In this document: in pieces, positions 53,676-64,000 of the stretch
Layout: each line of letters opens with the position of its first letter
How positions within the stretch are numbered: the first letter of the stretch is position 1
Assembly (NCBI GenBank): GCA_051294375.1
Contig: JBJCIZ010000957.1
Location: 882-64,881, forward strand
Direction: 5' to 3'
Length of the DNA stretch: 64,000 nucleotides
Source: Paraspadella gotoi
Lineage: Eukaryota > Animalia > Chaetognatha
Program-made: the position numbers and the translations under genes
The notes under the pieces: generated by a model
Told to the model about the DNA's origin: nothing
Database searches by the model: none
What the model saw: only the letters and a program-made list of their open reading frames with translations

Positions 53676-56362
53676 ACTTTGTAATAAAAATCGTTGTAAA
53701 AATACTAAAACTTTCGTTTTCGAAACAGCTATTATTATTGTTATATTATTATCATTGTTATATTATTATCATTATTATTATTATTATTATTATTTTATTA
53801 ATATAATATTATTATTATTATTATTATTATTATTATCGTCAGCGGAAATGAGTCTCCGCCTCCATTCGATCCCTCTCTCTCTTGCGGAGAACAAGCGATC
53901 GAATGAATGAGAAGACGAGAAGTGGGACTAGGGCAAAGGGAGAGACGAGGATCATGGGCCGTGGGCTGTGAGAAGGAAAAGACTTTAGTTTGCAATTTGC
54001 CCTCGGCCCGAATGGTTTGAAATATATTCTAACTCTGTGAATTGAATTATCTTGCCTTGTACATAAGACACAATGAAAAATTTTGCGTACGTGTACTAGG
54101 TTTCCGTGGCATAAAAAAAATTCACTGTTCAATATTATTATATTCTTTTTATTTTTTGAAACGTTATAGTTTCATATGTTGATATCCAAAATATCAATGC
54201 AAAATCTTTTTTTGTTTTTTAGATATGACTGAATATAGGGTGAAAGATGATAAATTTTTTTAAAAAGTTACTTATTCATATTTATTCATAGAATTGTAAT
54301 AAAAAAAATAAAAAAAATAATAGTACTAATAGTTAGTGTTATGTCTCAAATAGATGGAAAAAAAACCTCATTTAAAAATTCGATCGGGAAGTGGGGTAAC
54401 TAAGGGCATCCTCCACGCCGATTGTTCTCACAAATAATTTTTTTATTTAATACATTTGAAAGGGAAAAAAAGAAAATTTGGAATGCAGGTTGCAGAAAGG
54501 GTACAGATAATCTGGACTTTTTGACATGATAACCATGACCTTTTATATCTTGTGAAATGGGGGCAGTAAAGAAATCTAAAAAATTTCATCATTAAGTCAG
54601 TCAATGAACCCTTTCCAATGGGCTATTACGAGAAATATTTTTTCTTAATTAAAATGGATGATAAATAATAAAATTAAATTCCTTGCTATATTTAAAAAAA
54701 ATTATCAATACAATTTAACACAATGATGTTGCTTTGTCAAATATGTTACCAGCTATATAATTTTTTACAACTTTATTATGATAAACAAGCAGTTTGTCAA
54801 GCTTTAGTTTGCAGCTAAAGATAATGAAAAATGACAATTTTTTTTTCACAGACAAGAAGGTAGATGTCCAGACTGTTTATATCAAGCTGAAAACATTTTT
54901 GTATTTATCATTTTTAATATTTAAAAATACATTTTATCAAGCTACAACATAAATTTTTGCTTGTTTTTTACTTTAACTGAAAAATATAAGCAATTTTATG
55001 GAATAAAAAAAATTTAATAATAAAAAATGTAATTAAGTCTTTCCTTTTTCAAATTACAAAAGAAAAAGAAAAAATTTCATATGCCTTCATCGAAATTTTT
55101 AAAGCAAAAAACTGTTATACTTTTAACTCTGATTTAAACAAAAGCTGTGTAAAGATTTATGAATTTAATTTAATAAAACTCTTTTAGAAAGGTGTCCCAT
55201 GATTAGGGCTTTAATTTGATACCACATCCACCTTGCTACCTCTTTTCTTTAAAAAAGTTATTTAAAAAAATAAACTTTTTTTAAATTACGCAGTACAAAT
55301 ATTTGTTAAATAAAAATTTCGGTAAAGCGGGAGTATCTCACTTATTTCTATTGGTACAATACTTAAATTTCAAAATAAAACTTGAAGAAATTTTTTTTGT
55401 CATTTAGAGACATATCACTTTCAGATGTACCCATCGTATAATAATTTATTTATTTATTTCCCCCAAAAAAGCCTAATTAGAAAAGTTAAAATTTTTTCAA
55501 ATTGTTGGAAAAAAAATTTTGTCCGACCTATGCTCATTGAGAATAATGGTTTTGCATAGAAAATCAAAATATCAAAAAAAGATCAGCCTCTAGAAAAATT
55601 GAAAGGCTAGAGGCCGATTTTTTTAGAATTGCAAAAATTTTTTACTGACTCATAATCCATTATTCTCAAGTTTCAAAATATTTTTTTCCAAAATCATTCA
55701 ATCAATTTTTTTTTTATTAATTTAAAATGTTTTTATGATGTTGTTTTTGTTTGAAAGAATTGAAAAAAAGTGAAAAATATAGTAATTATATAAGGTTTTT
55801 GAAAATACCTTTAAAATATTAAATAATTAGACACAAGGGGAGTAAGCAGAGAAAACTTCCCATTCATAAAGAAAATTGAAAATGAATTTGCCATATTGTT
55901 ATTTAGATTAATTAACTATTTACAAACAAATGATTCATATAAATTGAGGAAATGATGGGTAAAAAATATTCATCTTGGTCTCGGTTAACTATTAAGTTAT
56001 CGTTAAAGTTTTGTTTTAATAATATTAATATTTTTTTTGCATTTATAAAAGCAATGGTCCAAAATTTTGTAAGCGTTTCGAGCTATATTGCTTCATCTTT
56101 TTTACTATTTTTGATCTAGTTAGATTTTTTGTTGATGGTCAAGGGTTATGGTCAGATACAGTAATGTCCAGTAGTGTATATCGCACATATTACCAAAAGT
56201 AATGATCAATTAATTTGGCTCAGAAACAATTTTAAAGGGATAAAATCAGCACGAGACCGTTTCGCCACGTTATTTTTCATTGTGTCCATAAGTAAATAAA
56301 CTCGATTTGTGTTACAATTTAATTCGTGATTAAATAGTCAATCAAAAGTCACTAAATTGTAA

Positions 56363-59300
56363 AGTGGTGTCAACGACAAGATTCAAAAAACGAAAATAAC
56401 CACGCAAATCAAACCGAAGAGACAGAAAAGATGGAGAAAACAATAAACGCGTTATTTTTCTCTTGCGAACTCGAACGCCGCTACCGGATTAACTCACAAA
56501 AATAAAAGTAAAAAGGCAAAAGAAAAGAAAAAGAAAACCATTCGGGCCCTCTCACCTGCCAAGTGAAAAGTCCTCCGACATCTTGCAAGGCATGGTGGGC
56601 GCCTATCTCGATAGGCGCACAGGCCAGGTCATCTACCTCGATGGTAGGACCAAACCCGTGGACAAACTGACCGCAGGACTAGACAAGATCAAATTCTTCG
56701 ATGACGACGAAGGCGCCGCCGACGGCACTGCCGGCGAGGTGGCGGGAAACAACAGGAAACCGCACCTCCTTGATCTGGACAAAAACTTACGCCGAATCGC
56801 CAAAGGCAAAAAAGGCAACATGGGAGCCGCGTCACCAAAATGCTGGCCCTAATAATCGACAACAGGGTGGAATACCGCCGCGCCCAAGTCCTGCCAGGTG
56901 GCCACCGAAACGAGGGCCCTCGCACTTAAGATGGCCAACCTCGCCCAAGCAGTCGAGAAACTCACCACGACGCCCAGGGAAGAGGGACTGGACGCCTACT
57001 CGCCTGAACCCCGGCGTAGAAGCATCTCCGCCAGGGGAGGCGCCAGCCAGCCACCCGAACCCTCAAGTTCAGCCAACCCGACTTCATGGACGCCAGTGAA
57101 GATGGATAGACGCCGAAAAGGAGAAAAGCCGAAAGAGTTCCTGCGCGGCATCTACAGAAACCTGAAAAACTGTAGCTTTGATGAACAAAGAGTGAATGAG
57201 CAGCTACAGGCTGTCCTCGCCCTCGACAAGGGGGCAAACTGGTACGTCGACCCCATAGAAGGCAGTCTGTGGAAAGGACTAGAATCCATGTGCAAGGAGA
57301 CATCCATCACAGCGGCAGAGATAGCCGAGAAGATCGTAGTGAAAGTGGACCTAAAGGAACACTCTGAGTTCGGACTGCATCTAGTCAACTCAATCTACAA
57401 AAAGTTTGATTGCGTCGCTCTAGAGGAACGCGACACAGTCTCGCGCCATGTGGCACGCCTACTAACCAGAACACTGGACCCTTACACTCCCGGGATATCC
57501 AGAGAAGTGTTGAAGTTCCGCAAGCTCATCGACACCGACAACCGCCGTGAGTTGGGCAAAGAAATAGAGTGGATACTGTGAGGCTGGCTGGAAATGTACG
57601 GTTACAAAGCCAATGGAACCGCTCGCCACTTCATAAATTCCATAAAGGACAACGACCGTCAAATCCTCATGGATTCACTTCTGCAGAAAGGCCTCAATGA
57701 CAAAAACCCGGCCGAAAGCGCAAACGCCCTATACCAGAGAACAATGGTGCAGGAAGCAAATAACACCCACGAGCTCATGAAAAAGCTCACTAAAAGCATG
57801 ACGGTGATCCAAAAGGTCGTCGAGACCAAGAAAGACGACAGCAAGTGGAAAAACCGCCAGTCGCGGGATCAAGACACCCCAAATGGCGCGAAGGAAGGGA
57901 TGACAGGCGCTTGCAGGGCAGAACCCGCGCTCGCCGCCGCAGGATGAAGCAACAGGATCGAAACCAATCGTCGGCAAAGCGAGGCTCAGAACGTTCGTAG
58001 AGTTTAGTAGAGTAAAATCGAGAAGGATGATTTACAACCCAACTTCTACAGTCATCGGCACGAACCAGGGAGAATCTCTCCACCTGGAAACAATCAGAAG
58101 GGTCGAATGCCTGTCACGAGCCCGAGACGCTCGCTCTACCCGCTCCCAAAGAGGAATCAAGAAGAGATGAACAAAAGCCACCGCGCTTACTCGACTCGCC
58201 GCCAAAGGCAGCCCGTCCAAAGGACAAAACAAGTGGCCCGGAGCCAATAGATGATACAGGTAAGGGCTTTAGACACACCGGAAATAATTACATCCTGGCC
58301 GTTATAAACGGAGCCCCAGCCAGTTGTCTTCATGACACCAGCGCCTCAATAAACAAATAAAATATACCTCGGTGCCCCGCTGCGGGTAACAACGTGAAAC
58401 GGCCCAATAACTATAAGAGAAAGGCTAAACCTGAGGGTTATGTTCCAAAATTGGATCCTAGACACAGTGTTCTTTGTCTCGCCTGATGCCGAAGATAGAG
58501 ATGTAATCTTAGGCACCCCGACAAACAACCCCGGTCCTAGTGAGGAAATGTGGGTGGTAACCCCGAACGACAGAGACGGAACCCAAGTGGCACACATAAA
58601 CGGCAAACCGATTACCCACCTCTTTAAAAACAAGCAGGCTGCCCTTAGAGCCACCAGGTGGCTAACCAGGCAGTATGTGGACAAGAGGACGGAAATTCCC
58701 CTATACGCGGAAAAAATGAGCACTACAGGAACCAAGGTCAGGGCCGCCCAGACCTATGGGAAATCCCTGGCCAACTCCAAATGGCTGATGGAATCAACCG
58801 ATGGAAAAACAGCTGTGACGGTGACGGGGAACGACCTAAGAGAAGGAGTGAGCCTCCCCGGGTCACCCGGCACTTGGGGATCTGCCAAAGTGATCATTGC
58901 TGAAAACGCGGCGAGAGAAATGGGCCTAAAGCCCCACTGCGCCGGCAGACCAGTCGACGCCGACTTCAGCGGAGCGGAACATCGCTTACAAAATGCACGT
59001 AAGTCAGTCATCCCTCCAACAACAATAATAAGGCACGAACCCTCAGAGGAGATAGAGGCGGCAGAAAATGCCTGATGCAGACGAAGGCTAAAACACGATG
59101 ATAGAGGACGCAAAGCCTTCCTGAAACCATTTAGGGAGATGGACCCCTCCCTCAGCAAGAAAGCAGAGGAAGTGCTAAATGTTGTTTGGGAATTCAGAGA
59201 CGTTTTCGGTGAGTTAATAAACGACTGCAAGGAAGACTTTCTAAATTACAAGGTCGACCTATGCTTCACAACGAGCGACCTACCCAAGCCGAGATTCATA

Positions 59301-59581
59301 AACCAGGGCCCAGTAAAGAAAGCGGCCCTCAAAAGATACCTGGAAGTGTACGAGAAAGCAGGCGTCGTGTCCAGAACGACAGGCGAAGAGTTTTCAAATG
59401 CGTTCCTGATAAAAAAGCCAAACCACGTCAAGGACGGGCAAAATGTAATGGACGACGAAACCTTTGCCAAACAGTGCGCCTTACTTGCAACCTCTCGGCA
59501 GTAAACAAGAATATCTTGACCTTCGCCACCGAACCCCAAACAATCACCTCCATTCTCGAGCAATACAAACCTCATGAGTAG
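56363..59581 (+). pseudogene. Divergent Ty3/Gypsy-like element, 5' half (putative PBS, gag, aspartic protease, start of RT), 3'-truncated
   Basis: PBS-like TGGTGTCAACGACAAGATT at ~56364; broken gag-like ORFs 56583-57947; ILAVINGAPASCLHDTSAS (protease, DTG-like) at ~58290-58348; FRDVF..YEKAGVV..SNAFLIKKP..RLTCNLSAVNK (RT N-terminus); GC-richer than the flanks. Confidence 0.78.
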
Positions 59582-60512
59582 CGGTAGCCGACCAAATTCA
59601 AATTTTAATGGGAACAGCATTAAACTAATCCATTATTGTGTTAAAATATTTTTTTGCAAAAATGTTCCGAACCATGAGTAATTCGCTAATTAATATTATT
59701 ATATTGCTATATAATGTCAAAAAACTTTTTTGGATATTTTAAGTTTTTTTAATTGATTCTGATAGAGCTTAAAAAGTTAAGCAAAAAATATAATTACAAC
59801 TTTTTGATTTTTTATTTTTGATGTTTTATTATTAAAAATTAGTAAAAACTGCTAAAATCATCGGATGATGATGTTAGGTTAGTGTAAGGTAAGGTAAGGT
59901 AAGGTAAGGTTAATATTACTGACACTTCTTTTTCTGACTGATGTTTACAATATAGAATTAATAAAATCATAATGGAAATAAACATATAAAAGAGTTGGCA
60001 ATAAATTTGTATTGATTTTTTATAAATATATTTTTTTATTTGCTGCCAAATATGGCATTTTAATAATAAATATTAAAAACAATCATTTTTTAAAATTATC
60101 TAAAAATCAAAACAATTTTATGATAAAAATAAAATAAAAAAAATTTTAATATAATTGTAAGAGTTTATATTAGTCTGCTTTAACACGAGATGCCATAAGG
60201 AAAAAAACGTTGATATAAAAAAGCTTTGAAATTAATTTTATTTAGGTTGAAAATGGTTGACACTTATCCCTACAGACATTTAATGCTGAATTTGTTCAGC
60301 TAATTTCATACTATTAATATATTATAATAAGGAAAAGTCAGAGATTCTTCTTCAGTAAAATTAATTTATTCTCGTCAGATGTTTTTTACCAATCGACTTT
60401 GACGTCCTATAAATTTCTGACGCTTTGATCGATTTTATTAGGACCTAAACCAATCGCTTTATCTTTCAATAAGCTTTGTTTTATGTTTCTATATCTCAGT
60501 AAAATTCATTTA

Positions 60513-60989
60513 TGCTTATATTGAACGGTTCTGTCATTAACACTTATCAATAATTACTGTCTCTTCATTGGTGAGCCCGATTTCCGAACACAACAGCAAC
60601 AACAACACTTTCAGGCGACATGCCTCAACCTGGCGATGCACTTTCCGCCCACAACACATCAGGCGACATGCCTCAACTTGGTGACGAACTTTCCACCAAC
60701 AACAACAATTCACTAAAGAGACGCAACAGACTTCTCCCTACGGGAGGGGGGGATGTATGGTGGACTAAAATCCACCAATCGTTCATCAGCGGCCATTGGT
60801 GCTGGAGGCAAGACATTCCCCTCCCAACCCAAAGGTCCGGGGTTCTAGCCCGGTGGTCGTCTGGCAGTTAAGAGGGACGGGGCGCTTTACCCGCCTGTAA
60901 CACGGTGTTACAGCCTGATCCGAAGCTCAGGGACTGCTTATATTGAACGGTTCTGTCATTAACACTTATCAATAATTACTGTCTCTTCA
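60513..60989 (+). mobile_element. TRIM-like miniature LTR element (partial 5' LTR 60513-60567, 186-bp interior, 3' LTR 60754-60989)
   Basis: 55-bp identical LTR end repeated; PBS TGGTGAGCCCGA at 60569; PPT GGGAGGGGGGGA at 60742-60753; TG..CA LTR. Confidence 0.85.
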
Positions 60990-61226
60990 AACCGTTGTTT
61001 TACTTTTAGATTGACTTAAAATGATAAAAAGATATAAATGACAAAGAACATCACGGAATATCAGGGATATTATATAGAAAGCACGAAAGATAATTAGAAA
61101 TATAGAAAGAGAAATGTTCCAATTATATTATTTCTTTTTGAAAAAAAAAAGTTGAATAATGACAACTGCCTCTATCGTTTAAGCCGTTAGATTTTTTCCC
61201 ATTTCGTTATTAATTTTCTTTTTATT

Positions 61227-61319
<93 letters not shown>

Positions 61320-61420
61320 TCTGTTTATATTCTCTTACCACTTGTTGAACTGAGAGATCGTGAGTTGCGTCCGAAGAATCCCATTGACTCCGTCATCTCT
61401 GTCTCTCTCTCTCGCTCTTT

Positions 61421-61517
61421 AGGCCCGCAAAATAGGATCGTCCTCAGGGCTGTTTCTCCTCATCCCGGGCGTTTTTAGTAATATCTTATCATCATCATCA
61501 TCAATCATCATCATCAT
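61421..61517 (+). mobile_element. ~100-bp 5'-truncated copy of the 33.5-39.3 kb LINE
   Basis: Matches 39185-39264; (CAT)n tail; 13-bp TSD TCTCTCGCTCTTT (61408-61420, 61517-61529). Confidence 0.88.
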
Positions 61518-62745
61518 CTCTCGCTCTTTCTCTCTCGTTCTCGCTCTCTTTTCCGTCCCTTTTAGTCTCCGCGTGATATTCTGCTTATTCCTGTTTTCTT
61601 TTTATTTATTTTTGTCTTTTTTTAAAAATTTCTTATATTCCAATGTTCACTTGTTTTACAGATTTTAAAGATCCGTACTGAGAGGTTGAGATTTTTGCTA
61701 AGCAAGATAATCCCAATTAGCATAAATCTGCTTGATTTTTGATTGAGATGAGATTTACGATATCTTTTCTTTTATATTTTTTTATTTGGAGAATTTAGAT
61801 TTTCGCGATTTTAGAAAATTTGATTTTTTTTTTCTGAAACGGCACAGGAATATTTTTTATATCGTCCGTCTTGAACGATGACGTCAACTTAAATAAAGTA
61901 CCGATTTAACGAGAAAGTACCGATTTAACGAGAAAGTAGGGCTGAAATCCACGTTTGGAACAGAAAAGTCCTCGCATAAAAATAAAAAGAAAAGAAATAG
62001 AAAGACGATTCGCGTGGTTGCGTCGCTTTCGTTGCCGACGCATGAATTTTTCCTCGCTAGAAACGCCAGTGACGTAAGCGTCCGGGCGGCGTTGCCACGT
62101 GGCGGCTTCGCGACGTGGCGGCGTCACAATATAGCGCCGCTGACGACGAGATCCTCGATTTAGAACGTCGTCTTGAGTTCATTGACATTTTGTTTCTCCG
62201 CTCGATCGATAAGTCGATCTCATTTCGCGATCAAACATAGTATGTATAATTTTGTATATTTTGACGATAGTAGTAATTAATTTCGAGGAGACGTGGTAGT
62301 TATTGTGGGCAGGGAAGTGTGAGTCTACGAAACGAAAACGAAGCGCTGTGAGTTAAACAGGCGGTGTTTGTGAGTCTAAGTGTGTGAACTTAGGCGAAGG
62401 TCGAAGGGTAATAGAAAATTATCACTGTGAGACGATGGGAAATAATGTGCTTTTTTTAGGTAGCTGGAGATATGAATTCATTCACTTCTTTTCTGGGAAG
62501 GGTCGAGGAAAATACGACGAATATTTGCGTCTGAAAAAAGAAAAAAAAAGAGAGGATTATATCAACGTTGAGAGAGAGAGAGAGAGAGAGTGGAGAGCAG
62601 TCTCGTCGTCGTCGTCGTCGCGTCGTCGTCGTCTCGATATTTCGACAAGTAACGCGATCTTTCTCGTCACGCGATTTTCGCGCGTCTTTTCGAGTTTCGA
62701 ACGGGAACTCCGCGCTGTTTCCACTAGAGATCACTCCATCACTTA

Positions 62746-62797
<52 letters not shown>

Positions 62798-62825
62798 TTC
62801 GATCAATGAAGAGACAAAGCAAATA

Positions 62826-63551
62826 AGTAGGAGTCTACGTCGTTCTTAGAAATCGAGGAAGACTTTTTCAATGGAGATTTTCGTTAAAATCTGACTACCA
62901 AACAATGTCAACGCCCCTGGGAATAATTCAGGTAAAAAATAGATGTAAAAACACTCGATTCCGATCCTGTTGCATCTGAAGGGCTCGCATTTTTTTTCTC
63001 TTGACAAATAACCATCATTTTGACATCAAACCATCAGATTCAAATGGACTGGTCCGCTCGGGAAAATATTTTCGATGCAATTTTTATATATAAAATAAAG
63101 GGATTTCTCAACTTCAATACAATGTCAACGCATTTAACATATGTTGTGATTTTACAATAAACTTCAAATTCAGGAATCCGATAGCCATATGTCTGAAGGG
63201 CTCTCAAAATTTTTCTTTACATTTTATTTGGTTATTTTGATATGATACGATCATGGGAAAGTGAATTAGTCCATTTTGGTGAAATTTTTATTTAAAGTAA
63301 AAGTAAAAGAGGAGCTAACGATCGGAATTCTAAGAGTTTTCAACCGGGAGTCAGATTCAGTAAAAATCTTCTATGGCGAAAATCTTCCAAAGAAGGGGTG
63401 GATTTTCCGAAGATTTTGGTTGATATTTTCTATATTTATGGTAGGATTTTTTTGAAACTTAATATTAACAATATTGCCATCATTCTACCTTGGCCGGTAT
63501 AAGAATATATTAAAAAAACCTCTGGCTTTGTTCGTCAGAGCTTAGTCCTAA
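62826..63551. repeat. Paralog of the LTR-element interior 25372-26114 (partial inverted copy also at ~12185-12282)
   Basis: Colinear shared blocks, e.g. GTAGGAGTCTACGTCGTTCT, GATCCTGTTGCATCTGAA, GGGAGTCAGATTCAG, CAGAGCTTAGTCCTA. Confidence 0.85.
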
Positions 63552-64000
63552 AATAAGAGAGAGAGGGCGACGTCAAACTCTCTCGACCCTTGAGTACATA
63601 GCACGTCGGCCGCTCTGCTTATTGCAAAACCCGTGTTGCCCCTTTGATAGAAAAAGTTAATATAACTTTTGAACAGGACAAGTTTAAATCAAGACTTTGA
63701 TATCACGTTCATTCGAGAGGAAGCTGTCGATCTTTTTATCGAAACTTAAGCTTATTAATGAAAACAAATTGTTATCTCATAGACGAGAATCTCGCTTAAG
63801 AAAAAGGGTCATTCAACTCAACTTCAAAATAGGCCAAAATGGAGTACAAATTCAGAAAGCTGAGCTCCTGCCGATTCCGAAAATGTATTCACTTTAAACA
63901 TTTAATGCATTCTACGCCATTTCATATCGGTTTTAAATATAATATAAAATAAAAGAAACCTATCTGAAGAGTTGCAGGTCAAACGAAAAAGCCAATCCAT

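Larger units (their letters stand above)
50151..53731 (+). mobile_element. Penelope-like element (Penelope/Poseidon-type), 5'-truncated, with inverted pLTRs (~50190-50674 and 53262-53731)
   Basis: ~480-bp inverted arms; 12-bp TSD TTATTATTGTTA (50139-50150, 53732-53743); RT-GIY-YIG ORF between the arms. Confidence 0.93.

Noticed and set aside
60760-60800. Minus-strand CTGATGA in the TRIM-like LTR as a possible hammerhead or retrozyme
   Set aside because: No GAAA follows a stem II and no stem III/cleavage triplet can be built.

Overview
AT-rich, repeat-dense animal (invertebrate-type) genomic DNA, apparently from an indel-prone assembly, with a 25-N gap at 26051-26075. It holds one recognisable host gene, a multi-exon fibrinogen-related-domain (FReD) gene at about 43.1-49.5 kb (+), whose introns are inflated by nested transposons. 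The rest is mostly mobile DNA: two decayed Ty3/Gypsy-like fragments; a near-full-length I/Jockey-group LINE with a (CAT)n tail inserted in a (TC)n tract; a Penelope-like element (PLE; RT + GIY-YIG) plus several truncated PLE relics with inverted pLTRs and minimal hammerhead ribozymes; many DINE-1/HINE-like elements; non-autonomous LTR elements (one TRIM-like); hAT-, Tc1- and Kolobok-type non-autonomous elements; foldbacks; and tRNA-derived SINEs. The most novel-looking signal is in the PLE group. Three divergent copies share a codon-conserved C-terminal peptide beyond GIY-YIG (QRDIRxA[FL]G[LI]FPxG, PIP-box-like, preceded by NLS-like basic clusters). The full copy has an atypical RT motif (RKADN instead of RYVDD). 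The pLTRs have a conserved boundary hairpin and a terminal tail ending at ATG. All calls were made by eye; no database searches were run.
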